From the NCBI RefSeq assembly GCF_009914755.1, contig NC_060930.1: a stretch of 64,000 nt of DNA. One strand, given 5' to 3'. The notes beneath the pieces were generated by a model that did no database searches, was not told the DNA's origin, and was given only the letters and a program-made list of their open reading frames with translations. The DNA comes from the human T2T-CHM13v2.0 reference genome, Homo sapiens. Below are positions 12,686-25,645 of the stretch, one piece after another (the stretch's first letter is position 1; each line of letters starts with the position of its first letter). Position numbers and translations under genes: made by a program.

Positions 12686-14966
12686 TGACATGGTCTGGCT
12701 CTGTGTCCCCACTCAAATCTCATCTTGAATTAGAATCTGAATGGTAATTCCCTCATGTTGGGGGAGGGACCTCATGGGAGGTGATTGGATCATGGGGGCA
12801 CTTCCTTTATGCTGTTCTCAGGACAGTAAGTGAGTTCAGAAATGATGGTTTTGTGAGGGGCTTTTCCCCTCTTTGCTCTGCAATTCTCTCATTCTTCTCC
12901 TTTCTGCTGCCACGTAAGGAAGAATGTGTTTGCTTCCTCTTCCACCGTGATTGTAAGTTTTCTGAGGCCTCCCAAGCCATGCTGAGCCGTGAGTCAATTA
13001 AACCTCTTTCCCTTATAAATCACCCATTCTTAGGTCTTTCTTTATCAGCAGCGTGAGAATGAACTAATACAGTAAATTGGTACTAGTAGAGTGGGGTGCT
13101 GCTATAAGAATACTCAAAAATATGGAAGCAACCTTGGAACTAGGTAATAGGCAGACATTGGAACAGTTTGGAGGACTCAGAAGTCAAGAAAAACGTGAGA
13201 AAGTTTGGAACATCCCAGAGACTTGTTGAATGGCTCAGAATGAAATGATGGTAGTGATATGGACAATAAGGTCCAGGATGAAGTGGCTTCAAATGGAGAT
13301 GAGTGACTTGTTGGGAACTGGAGTAAAGGTCACTCTTGGTATGAAAAGAGCCTGGTGGCATTTTACCCTAGCCCTTGAGATCTGTGGAACTTTGATCTTG
13401 AGAGAAATGATTTAGGGTATCTGGTGGAAGAAATTTCTAAGTGGCAAAGTGTTCAAGAGGAAGCAAAGCATAGAAGTGTGGAAAATTTGCAACCCGACAA
13501 TGCAGTAGAAAAGAAAACCCCATTTTCTGAAGAGAAATTCAAGCCTGCTGCAGAAATTTGCATAAGTACAAAAGGAACAGAATATTAATCACCAAGATAA
13601 TGGGGAAAATGTCTCCAGGGTATTTCAGAGATATTCACAGCAGCCCCTTTCATGCCAGGGCCAGGCCCAGGGCCCCCCTGCTGTGTGCAGCCTAGAGATT
13701 TGGTGCCCTGCTTCCTAGCCACTCCATCCATGGCTAAAAGGGGCCAAGGTACAGCTCAGGCCATTGCTTCAGAAGATGTGAGCCCCAAGCCTTGGCAGCT
13801 TCCATGTGCTGTAGGTCTTGTGGATGCACAGTACTCAAGAATTAATGTTTAGGAACCTCCACCTAGATTTCAGAGGTTGTATAGATGTCCAGGCAGAGGT
13901 TTGCTGCATGGGTGGGGTCCTCATGGAGAACTTCTGCTAGGGCAGTGCAGAAGGGAAATGTGGGGTCGGAGCCCACACAAAGTCCCCAGTAGGGCACTGC
14001 TCAGTGGAGCTGTGGAAAGAGGGCCACCATTCTGCAGACTCCAGAATGGTAGATCCACCAACAGCTTGCACCGTGTGCTTGGAAAAGCTGCAGACACTCA
14101 ACACCAGCCTGTGAAAACTGCTGGGAGGGGTCTTTATCCTGCAAAGTCACAAGGGGGGAGCTGCCCAAGGCTGTGGGAGCCCACTTTTTGCATCAGCATG
14201 ACCTGCATGTGAGACATGGAGTCAAAGGAGATGTTTTGGAACTTTAAGATTTAATTACTTTCTTGTTGGATTTTGGACTTGCATGGGGCCTGTAACCCCC
14301 TTTGTCTTGAACAATTTCTCCCATTTGGAATGAGTGTATTTAATGAGTATATTTAATTGAGGTACCAATTTCTGTACCTCAATTGCATCTAGGAAGTAAC
14401 TAACTTGCTTTTGATTTTACAGGCTCACAGGTGGAAGGGGCTTGTCTTGTCTCAAATGAGACTTTGAACTTGGACTTTTGCTGGAATTAGTTAAGACTTT
14501 GAGGGACTGTTGAAAAGGCATGAGTGTGTTTTGAAATGTGAAAGGGATATGAGATTTGGGAGGGGCCAGGGGTGGAATGTATGGTCTGGCTCTGTGTAGC
14601 CACTCAAATCTCATTTTGAATTATAATCCAAGTTGTAATCCCCACATGTTGGGAGAGGGACCCCATGGGAAGTGATTGAAAAATGGGGGCAATTCCCTCA
14701 TGCTGTCCTTGTGATAGTGAGTGAGTTCTAATGAGATGTGATAGTTTTGTGAGGGGATTTTCCCACCTTAGCATGGAAGTTCTCTCATTCTTCCACTTCC
14801 TGCTGTCATGTAGAGAAGGACATGTTTGCTTCCACTTCTGCCATGATTGTAAGTTTCCTGAGGCCTCCCCAGCCATGCTGAACTGTGAGTCAACTAAACC
14901 TCTTTCTTTATAAATTACCCAGTCTCAGATATGTCTTTATTAGCAGCATGAGAATGGACTAACACA
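12686..14966 (+). mobile_element. Full-length THE1 (MaLR) provirus: 5' LTR 12686-13071, internal 13072-14577, 3' LTR 14578-14966
   Basis: Two ~385-bp TG...CA LTRs sharing 'atggtctggctctgtgt..cactcaaatctc'. Internal region begins GTAAATTGGTAC and ends in a purine tract (GGGAGGGGCCAGGGGTGGAA). Degenerate 5-bp TSD (tatgc/cttgc). Confidence 0.93.
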
Positions 14967-15173
14967 CTTGCATAATGGGTAATAATTAAAAACTTCTTTC
15001 TTCCCTTTTTAAATACATGACTTTTATTCTGTCTCAACCAATTTGTCTCTTTACCTTGTAAGAGATTAGGATTAGGCATGAAAAAATGTGAAGATAAAGT
15101 ATAATATTTAGCTGGTGACATTCAAAATTTTGGTGTAAAAATCACAAGGCTATTTTCTTGTGACATAGTCTAA

Positions 15174-15263
15174 GTCTGCAGGCATATCACTCTAAATACA
15201 CCTGATCTCATTTGATCTCAGAAGCTAAGCAGGGTCAGGTCTTGTTAGTACTTGGGTGGGAGA
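15174..15263 (+). pseudogene. 5S rRNA pseudogene, 3'-truncated (~90 of ~120 nt)
   Basis: Colinear with 5S rRNA: GTCT...CCTGATCTCATTTGATCTCAGAAGCTAAGCAGGGTCAGG...TTAGTACTTGGGTGGGAGA. CpGs decayed; no 3' end and no poly(A). Confidence 0.92.
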
Positions 15264-16029
15264 AACACTCTCTAAACTATACTTCCTACTTTAGTTTTGT
15301 GGGCTGGGCAACAGAATTGTATGTAATAAAACTATTCAGATAGGGAGAAGTAGATGGAAATTCCCTTTCCCTCCTGAAATTTATAGTGAATAAAGGAGAA
15401 ACATATAGGTGAATCAGAATCAAATGTTTACATGCATACTCATTTCTTTTCTGTGGATTTTAGTTTGAGGTGCAGGTGGTAGAAAGATGAAGGTATTACA
15501 GAATGCATACCCCTCTGATTAGGAGTTCTACATATACACTCTTCTGTGTCAAAATGGGGAAGTCAAAGCCTAATCAAGAATAGAAACTTGCTGGTTAGAG
15601 AGAGAGAAAGACAGACAGACTAGCAAGTATTCAGAAGCCTCTCCTTCTTTCAGGGCTGCATGGCCACACTAAGTTGAGAGCCAGCAAATTTGTTATGGAG
15701 CCTACCATTATAAGACTTATTAGCTACAAAGTTGACGTTAGTGGTGGACCACTGGGCCAGGAAGCTGAAGGGAGTACATGGCAGGACCCAAGACCTACAG
15801 CCAGTAAACTCTGAGGGGGAAAATATTTGCAATTAAAAGCTGATCATGGCATCCTAGAATTTGTCCTGAGCCAAATAAAGAACGTATTCACCAGTTGCAG
15901 ATGTCGGCATCAGAGGCCAGCAAGACACTATGTGTCTGGGCTGTGACTTTAATGCTCCAAAATATTTATTTGATTTGACTTTTTATATAACTACCCCTTG
16001 TGCTTACTTAATCACACTCTTCAATGCAT

Positions 16030-16495
16030 GTCCTTTTTACTATTAACCCCCCCAGCATTTTTTCCCAACATTTCCCACCTCTTGTCTCCAGTTCCTGGTA
16101 ACCACAATTCTGTGTTTCTGTGAGTTCAATATTATTACATCCCACATATCACTGAGATCAGGCAGTATTTATTTGTCTTTCTGTACTTGGCTTATTTCAC
16201 TTAATGGAATGTCCTCTAGGTTCATTTATTTTGTAAATGACAAGATTTCCTTCATTTTTATGGCTGAAGAGTATTCTATTGTGTATATATGCCACATTTG
16301 GTTCATCTGTTAATATGTCGATGAACAGTTAGACTAATTCCATCTCGGCCATGTTGAAGAATGGTGAAATGAACATGGGAGTCTAGACAACTCTTCAACA
16401 TACTCACTTCATTTCATTTTGATACATATCTAGTAGCAGAATTGCTGGGTCATATGGTAATTCTGTTTTTTATTTTTTGAGGAACCCCCACTACT
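16030..16495 (-). mobile_element. L1MA/MB 3'-end fragment
   Basis: 'ctggtaaccacaattct...ggcttatttcacttaatggaatgtcctctaggttcat...attgctgggtcatatggtaattct'. Confidence 0.8.
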
Positions 16496-16984
16496 TTTAA
16501 ACATTAGAAATAAAAATAATATAATTGGTTCTTGCAAGTTTTCTCTGCTACTGGAAAGACGGACTCTAAGTTGGAAGCAGTAGAAGGGGAGAAAACAGGA
16601 ACATAATCAACCCTTAAAAACTATTCACCACTCTCAATATGTTGGATCTCCTGTCATCTGTCTAGCCTTGTCTTTGAAAAAGTAAAAATGTGTGCAAAAA
16701 CCATTTACTGCAGGCTTAATACTGAACTGTCTTTGTGCTCACCGTCTCTTTCCTGTGTTAGTTTCTTTTTTCAAACCATTTTAATCTTTTTAAAAATGCA
16801 TTTTAGAAATGATTTTTATCTGATTTTATTTTTCTTCCCCTCTTTGTCTTATATTTCCTTTTCTCTTTTGATGCTACTTATATCTGATTTTAGTATAATT
16901 AGATGTTCATGTTTGAAAATTCAGAAACTACCAAGTTACACATATCAAAAGAAATCAAATCACAGGATAAAAGTATTAATTTTT

Positions 16985-17285
16985 TAAATTTCAGCTCTTA
17001 TTTTAGATACAGAGCATACATGTGCAGGTTTGTTGCATGGAAATATTGCATGATGTTGAGGTTTGGGATACGGATCCCGCGTCCAGGCACTAAGCATAGT
17101 TCTCAACAAGTGGTTTTCCAACCCAGGACTTCATCTCTCCTCCCCGCTCCAGCAGTCTACAGTGTACATTGTTCCCATGTTTATGTCCATGTGTGCTCAG
17201 TGTTTAGCTCCCACTTATAAATAAGAACATGTAGGCTTTGGTTTTCTATTCCTGTGTTCTTTTAGGATTATGGCCTTCAACTGCA
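16985..17285 (-). mobile_element. Old L1PA 3'-end fragment
   Basis: 'ttttagatacagagcatacatgtgcaggtttgtt...gtttagctcccacttataaataagaacatg'. Confidence 0.8.
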
Positions 17286-18214
17286 AAATGATTAATATTT
17301 GAATAAGCTTCCATCAAGTTCTCATATTTATCTGTGTGCAGTTCTATAAACACAGGCAGTAACATATATATATGTATATATATGTTTATGTATAAATATA
17401 TAAATATATAAAATAAATACATTTATCTATATATACAGTTATACATTTATATATGTGTTTTGCATCTATGCCTAATATTTCATTATATCTATTCATGATT
17501 TTTCACATAAATTCTGAAGATGTAATTATGTAATTTGTTGAGATATTTTACATTAAAGGTTCTAAAAAAAGAAAAATGAAAACAACTCAATTGAATTCCT
17601 ATTGTATGATTATCTTAAGAAGAAGGGACATAGGCATAACACCAGTTTGCTTGACTTAGCATGATGACCATTTCTTAACTTTTTAATTAAAAACCTAATC
17701 AAGTTTTATCATGTTTTAAGGTTTTTAGATAATTTCACATAGTGTGTCAATTATTCAAGGTAGTTGCTTGTATGGAAAAGAAAGCAAGTTCCTTCTTGCC
17801 TACCTTTTACCCCCAACCTACTGCTAAAGGAATAAGCAATGAGAATTTTTTTTTTCAGAGTCAAGGTTTAAAAAAAAAAAACATTTGTCAAATGCATGCT
17901 TTATAGCAGATCATTTTGTTTTCCTGCTTCTGCAATGTGACATAGAAAAATGAGTGTTGGATTAGAAAAGTCCCCTGGTAATAGAATGGTCTATTTGTTT
18001 GGCTGATTAGAAGCAGGAAAAATAGATAAACTAAGAATTTAGGAAGGCAAAATGGACCTCTGATAACTGAGGTGAGATAAACACTAAAGAAAACTGCCAA
18101 AAGACAATTTTGACTCAATATAAACTAAAGAAAAAAGTGGTAACAAGAGAGACAAAACCTAACCTGGAAAAATTTAGTCTACAATAAGCTAAATTAATGA
18201 TTACCAAAAGTTAT

Positions 18215-18400
18215 TGAATAATGACCATGAGCCAGATACTAAGTCTGTCTTATCTATTGTCTGATTTAATTGCCACAGCAGCCCTATGATATAGTGACTG
18301 TTAACCTAAATTTACAGATAAGAAAATGAAGCCTAAGGGTATTTTGCCCAAAATCACTGCTAGCATTTAGCATACTGGGGTGGAAATTGAGGTTTAACTG
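18215..18400 (-). mobile_element. MIR SINE fragment
   Basis: 'atttaattgccacagcagccctatg...tttacagataagaaaatgaagcctaag...ttgcccaaaatcac'. Confidence 0.65.
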
Positions 18401-19657
18401 TGTTAGTATGCAATTGTCTCAGATGCAATATTCTATTTCCTTGTGAGGAGCAATGAAGAGTTTCTATCCCAGAAAAAGATAAGTAGTGATAATGGTTAAA
18501 AACAAAAGTTACCTATTTTTATTTTACCTACCCTTAAATATTAAAGCACATTTAAATATAATTGCTTAATATACATTTTGTTTTTTGAAATTTAAAAAAT
18601 CTGTTCTAAAAGGCCATACATTTTCTCTTCTGAAAAGCAAGAAGAATATTGCTATCTCACAGTGTTAAAGTAAAGATGGAACGTGGAAATGAAGGTAAAA
18701 TGCTAGCTAAGTAAGTGCAATCCTGGCTCATACACACTAAGCACTCACAAAATAGTTAATGAGGGTATTGTTATACTGGCTTTGACAAACCAATGACTTA
18801 TTGCTGGAATTGTTTCTGATGTGCCTTAAGTGTTTAAATTCTTAAAATGGGCCTACTCCTGAATGAATCTGTGTGTCTTTTCAAATGGTTCACAGTGATA
18901 TATTTTTATTATATTCAATTTTTGGAAATGTTTCAGTTATGTATTTTTCTGTATGATAATTTAATTATAAAAGCATTTTCTTGAGGAATTATCTTGTTTT
19001 TGAAAACATACAAGTATAGCTGTGTTATATACATATATTAATAATTTGATTTAAGAAACTGAATGCCTCTCATGTGTCTTTCAGGGGATGTTTACCTGAT
19101 TTTTGTGGTCAGTGATAAAAGTTCTTAAGTCATTAAAATGTTATTAAATATTAAATATCATTAAAATATTTGTTGAGTCATCAAGTAATAAAGCATTTAA
19201 TCTGAATCAGGTGTTTAGTTGATTTATGGGATTTCTTCAGGAAGAATAGATAACAAGAAGACAGCAATTGAAAATTCAAAATGAATTAAGAAAAATCCAC
19301 TTAGGAAATAGAGAAAAGTATAATAAAAAATAAAAAGTGGTAAAAATGGCAGAGGTTATAGTGACAAGCAAAAAAGGAAAGAACAAAAATTATGATCGCA
19401 AAAATTACTCAAAAAAAAGTAATTAAATAAGCCCCCATTTAAAGATGTGGTTTAGATAAAGCCAAAAAATCCTGATATTTAAAAAATAGCTCTATAAAAT
19501 GAATACTTTGTATGCAAGATATTGAATAGTTAATAATTATTCTAAATAAGACTTCCTTCTAGGTCTCAAATCTAAGGTTTCTGATATCTGCCAATTCTGG
19601 TTTAACTATTAATAAAAATAAATGTGTCAATTATAAATATTAGATAATGTGTGGTAA

Positions 19658-19810
19658 TAGGTTGCTAGGTAAAATACAGGGCTCTCAGGTTAATGTAAAT
19701 TTCAGATAAATAACAAATACTACGTTATGTGAGTAAATATAGGAATATGTAATTTAAGACATACTTAATTAAGTGTACTTTAGTTTTATTTGCTAAGTCC
19801 AGCAACTCTA
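19658..19810 (+). mobile_element. MER53 hAT-family MITE (internally deleted)
   Basis: TAGGTTGCTAGGTAAAATACAGG...ATTTCAGATAAATAAC...TTTATTTGCTAAGTCCAGCAACTCTA with inverted termini. Confidence 0.75.
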
Positions 19811-19866
19811 TGTAGGAGTTATGCTTTACAAAATATTTAAGCATATATTCAATCCTTCACTAATAG

Positions 19867-20167
<301 letters not shown>

Positions 20168-20546
20168 TTATTTTTTATTTTTTGTTTATTAATTACATTT
20201 TGACATTTGAAAATAAATTGAGGCACCATATGTTAAAGGCGACATATTTAAGGGCACTAAAATTTCACTTTACCATAAAATCTAAATTATATTAGGAAAC
20301 TGGTGTATGATATAGTTCGAAGAAACACACTCAAAAACAGAGTTTGAAGCAAAATTAGATAAGCTGAAGTCAATAATGCTATGAATATTAAAAGTCAAGT
20401 CAAAGAGGACCCATATTACAGGGAAACCAACAGAGAAATCAAATATATGAAAAGACAATCATTGACTGTCAATATTTGAGATTCCAAACCACCCACAAGT
20501 TCCAAAGGGTGCTGTGAGAAAACTGATTTATTGTATTGAAATGAAA

Positions 20547-20597
20547 GTTCTGCACATGTATTCCAGTACTTAAAGTATAATAAAATAAAATAAAATA
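20547..20597 (+). mobile_element. Extremely 5'-truncated L1PA 3' tip with (TAAAA)n tail
   Basis: GTTCTGCACATGTATTCCAGTACTTAAAGTATAATAAAATAAAA matches the L1PA terminus. Confidence 0.65.
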
Positions 20598-21219
20598 ATC
20601 TCTGGACAGACGCTTCTCTTCTGGCATTATAGGCTCAGACGTAAGAACCACAGGGGTCATGCAAACCTGGGGAGTATTGCTCAGGCAGTTCCTTCCTACT
20701 CATGGCTGGGCCGTCACTGCATTATTAATCAAAGCTTGTTCAATCAACGCTGTCTCCTGCCAACCTGTTTAATACAATCTGACACTTAAAAAAAAAAAGA
20801 AAAGTTCAGAGCTCAGGCAGTCGAAGCAAATGGGCAAAGTCATTGCAGACCAAGAAATGGAATGAGCAGCATGAGAAACAGGAATCAAGTAAAGCCAAAT
20901 CTTGAAAATTCTGGCCTGAAACCAATCTCAGGATAATAGCCAACTACACTTCCAAGTGAAAACATGAAGATACAATAATTAGATTTAATTGCAAGAGTCT
21001 GAGCAGTAAAATGGTTGTAGAATTCTAAAGAAAAGGACCAGTTCTGACAATGCCAGGATTAAAGTTAATAACTGAAATGTACATACATAGAGGCTTACAT
21101 ACAAATATGAATACAAAATTATACTGGGAATATTAAATAATTAAAAATTAAAGCATAAAAATATGAGCTTTTGAAAAAATGAAAATATATAAACCAGTCC
21201 TTAATTTTGAAATACTTAT

Positions 21220-21610
21220 TTTGACATCAGCTCTATTCTGCAGTTTCCTAGAGATATATTGGTCAGCAAAACAAATATAGACCCTGCTCCATAGAGGCTA
21301 CAGTTTTGCATTTACAAACTGTAGTAAGTATCATGTAAGAAAATTATAGTGTTAACTGTTTGACTTAAACATCTATAAGGAGGTTGGAGAACATTGCACT
21401 AAGGAGTTGACTGTGTGTGTGTGTGCTTGTGTGTGTGTGGCGTAGATCAACAGAGGCTTGATCATAAAGCTCTTTATAAGCCATGCTAAGGATTGTTAGA
21501 CTTTGTCCTAGAACAATGAAGGGCCTTTGGAGGATGATGGGGAAAATTTACATGGTCATATGGAGGTGAGAATCAAAGCTGAGGAGTAAGAATTTCACCA
21601 AATGTCCAGT
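21220..21610 (+). mobile_element. L2 LINE fragment
   Basis: 'aaacaaatatagaccctgctccatagaggctacag...ataagccatgctaaggattgttagactttgtcctagaacaatgaagggcctttggagg'. Confidence 0.55.
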
Positions 21611-23464
21611 TTTGGTGTAGAAGTACATCCATGAAAACATTATAATGGTTATGTACTGAGATGAGATATGTGCATGTCTGACATTATTCTGAAGCCATTG
21701 CTTTTAATCAATTACTTTTATTGAGGAAGAATGAGGCAAACCACCCTCAGATAATAGTCAGTATTATAGCCAATGTGCAACTATTGGTACAGCAGTATTG
21801 GAAATTTTGAATTGTATTGCTTTAACCATGTCCACATAAAAAATGGCTTGCAGTATTAGAATAAAAATGATGAAAAATATATAAACTAAAAATAGATTTT
21901 TTTCTTAAACACTTTTAGAAGCACTGGTGATACCTTGATCAACATAGTTCTTTTGCATCACAGAATACTGTGTGGGTAACACATTTCCTTCTCAGAAAAA
22001 AAATGCAAATATTAAGGTTTCTTTTAAAATCGAATGGGACATATTTTCTAAGAAATAGTCACAGATAAAATTTTTTAAATTAAAAGACTATACTAGGAAA
22101 GGAGGGAGAAAGGGAGGAAAGAAGGTGGTGGGGAAAGGAGGGGCTGGAGGAAGTAAAGGGTCAATATTGATACATTTTAAATATTAAGTCATTTTAAAAG
22201 TATTTGTATTAACACTGTTTTTCCATTATCTCCTATTAGCCTAAATTTTCTGTTTTGCTCCAGCTTCTTATTATACAGTACTTGACAACCCCTCATGACT
22301 GAGGTTGTTGTGAATATTTTAAATGATAACCATCTATCCCTTGAAGAACTATCCTATCTTCAAGAACACTTAGGATTATTGTGAGAAATGTTTCTGGTAG
22401 CTGATGGAGAGTAAGGAGCGAGAATAAATATTTTTATGTCAGAATTGCCTATAGATTTTCTGCATATTAATCAAAAGAGTTATTTTCAATGCCCGATTTT
22501 CATGTTGTTTGTATAGTATGCAGTACTACAAACTCTATAGGAACAACTCCAGTAAAACATATACAAGGTACATTAAATGAATTACTGTATTCTCCAAGCT
22601 ACCACGATGTAGAGGCAAACATCAAATATAATCAAATCACCAAAGACTGTTTTTTTCCATTTTACAAAAAGATTAAATATTAAATGAAAATCAATTGCTT
22701 GTTTCTGCAAGAGGTATTCCCCTATATGTAATGTCCTCATTTCTCTCTGAGTGTATATGCCAGATGTTTTTTTTTTTAGGAGAAATTTTCAGTGCTAATG
22801 ATTTAGTAGATTACCTCTACTCCTGCCAGATGCTTTTACATGACTTAAGTTATAAAATGTTGCTTTGATTCTCCCCAAATTTACATCTGTCCCATACATT
22901 GCACATTTGGAGACACCAAGTTTCACACAAATGTTTTTGAATTCTATTTCTGAAGGCAAATCTCCAACTCCATTGTTTCTGTTACCTGATACAATGTGTA
23001 TCTTAAAATAAGAGTATACCAACACAGAAAACATGAAATTAAAGAATGAGAATCGCACAGATAATTTTGAAGTAAAAAAATAGTGTGTTGATCTTCTGAC
23101 TATATTTAACACTTATGTCTTTCAGTCTCATCCTAGGCTAGCTAGTTCAATTTGTACTTCTGCAGTGCATGAGTATTTGTAACCTAAAACGTCTTGTAAA
23201 ATATAATTTGCCCCCTTATTTCTATGAACTGATTTGAAAGCTTATTATGAATTTCTTCTCAATTTCTCTTAACTCTTAACATTCATTAGACTTCCATTAG
23301 TGGTACTTAGACCTGCTTTTGCCTTCAATAAGGTTTAAATTAAATCCTAAGAACATAAGGAATGAGACAGCAGAATTAACCCCCTCTTTGGCCAATATTA
23401 TGTCTCCCACAATGGTAGAACGGAGTGTTATACGGGAGGCATAGAAATGTCCTGCAGGGAAGTA

Positions 23465-23930
23465 CTGCTCACAATAGCAAAGACATGAAATCAACCTAGA
23501 TGCCCATCAATAATAGACCAGATTTAAAAAAAAAAAAAGTAAAATGTATACACCATGAAATACTATGCAGCCATAAAAAGGGATGAGATCATGTCCTTTG
23601 CAGGGACATGGATGGAGTTTGAAGCCATTCTCCTCAGCAAACTAGCACAGGAACAGAAAACCAAACACTGCATTTTCTCACTTATGAGTAGGAGCTGAAT
23701 GATGAGAACACATGGACATATGGGAGAAACACAGAGTGGGGCCTGTGGGTGGGGAAAGGGAGACTATCAGGAAGAAAAGCTAATATATGCTGGGCTTAAT
23801 ACCTAGGTGATGGGATGATCTGTCTAGCAAACCACCATGGCAGATGTTTACCAATGTAACAAACCTGCACATCCTGCACATGTACCCCTGAACTTAAAAT
23901 AAAAGTTGAAGAAAAACAAAACAAAAACAA
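23465..23930 (+). mobile_element. Old L1PA 3' end with A-rich tail
   Basis: ORF2 C-terminus and 3' UTR: 'cacaatagcaaagacatg...gtaacaaacctgcacatcctgcacatgtacccctgaacttaaaataaaag'. Confidence 0.9.
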
Positions 23931-25514
23931 TAAGCATCCTTCAAGGAAATATTTTTAAAATTGTATAAAGTAATTGTTTCACCTTTTAAAATTAAATCAT
24001 GATTTAATGTTAAGGGTTCTTTAATCTACTTACATTTTATCTTAAATGAATAGTTACATCTTTATGTTTAGTACTGTGAAATAATTATATTGTTCTAATT
24101 TGTCATAATAACGTCTACCTTCAAGAGACAACTTTATTCTCATTTTCTAGCTAGTAATCAACGTCATTCTCAAACTTTCCTTTCTTTTCATAACCTTCTA
24201 GATGACTCTGATCTTTCTGTGGATATTAGTATAGGCAGTGTATACTTGAATACTATAGTTCTACACAAACTTATAGGAAAAAAATATTTATACAGTACTA
24301 TATGTTTTAAGTGTCATAGAAAATTCAATATTGGATTATCTTCAAATAGAAGTTAATGTTACAATGACCCATTGTATTTAATCTATTTAGGGTCCTTCTT
24401 TTCCTCAATTTTTTATGTCTTTTTATGTTCTAATAGATAAAGTGAAATTTTGACTGGAAACCAGAATATACTGTCATATAATTTTCAGATTTTGATAATG
24501 CTAATATTTTTATTGTGCTATTCATAGCAAATGCATTAGGTGTGGTGCCTTATAAAAGCACATAAATATTCCGAGTACAGATTATACTAACAAGTCTGTT
24601 ATATAAAAAATTAAATATTGTTTTAGATGCATTAATATTTGTGTTCCTATTTGAAACTAACTAGGCTTCTACTTTTAGAACTCTAAGGTAATACTCTATC
24701 ACTTTCATTTGTCTTTAGAAACTGGCAATTTTTGGTATAATATACAATTTTTCAGTTTTAATTTTGCTCGATTCCTTCAATTTCTAGGAATATCGAGTTT
24801 TTTATAACCAGAAAAATTTATTCCCACATTATGGTGTTCTTCCTAAATACTCTTGAAACAATTCTTAAATGACAGCTAAACCTTTTTTCCTTTCACTGTA
24901 ATTCTTTCTACAGAGTTATTTCATGAACTGAACTATTTCCAGACACTTAATTTGATACCATCAAATTTATTTTCAAATTAGAGGTATTTTAAAAGAATAT
25001 GAACAATTTGGCATTCCCAGGTAGCATAAAAATCTAGATTAACAAGGTGGGTAAAGACTTATGAAGATGAGAAAGAGGAATATATGGGAGAGAGCAGCTA
25101 GCAAAAAATATGGTTGAGGGAGATCAATGAGGGTAGTGAAGATATGTGGTTAAGTGTCCCTTTGTATTCCTGTGTGTATAGTCATCTCGCCCAATTTCCC
25201 ATAAAACTCCTGTAGCGTGTGTGTGCACACAGACACAAAGACTCACACACACACACACCCCACTGTATTGTTGTCAAACATATAGAAATTAGCAGTGTTT
25301 CACATTTACATCGAGTGATACTATCTATGCTTGTGTAATCTTTTCAGATTTCTTAATACATCTCAACCAACATTTATATCCCCTCTAATGTTCTTCCTCA
25401 GTTGCAAACCTATTTGTATATTCTCTGATTCTGTACATATTCTTAAAATGATATCCAATTCTCTTCTGGATTGGGTTTTCTAGACAAATCACAAAACTTT
25501 GAGATGAGTTTTGA

Positions 25515-25645
25515 CATGATGTGTTATTATGCATTGCATGCCTGTATCAAAGTGTCTCTTGTACCCCACAAATACATAAACCTACTATGTACCCACAAAA
25601 ATTAACAATTAAAATAATAAATAAATAAAAGAAAACAGAAAAAAC
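25515..25645 (+). mobile_element. L1PB/L1MA 3' tip
   Basis: 'attatgcattgcatgcctgtatcaaa...gtaccccacaaatacata...tactatgtacccacaaaaatt' plus A-rich tail. Confidence 0.8.

Noticed and set aside
12781-14913. ORFs of 60-111 aa
   Set aside because: Fragments of THE1 LTR and internal sequence.
15174-15263. Functional 5S rRNA gene
   Set aside because: Single copy, truncated, many substitutions, no oligo-T terminator.
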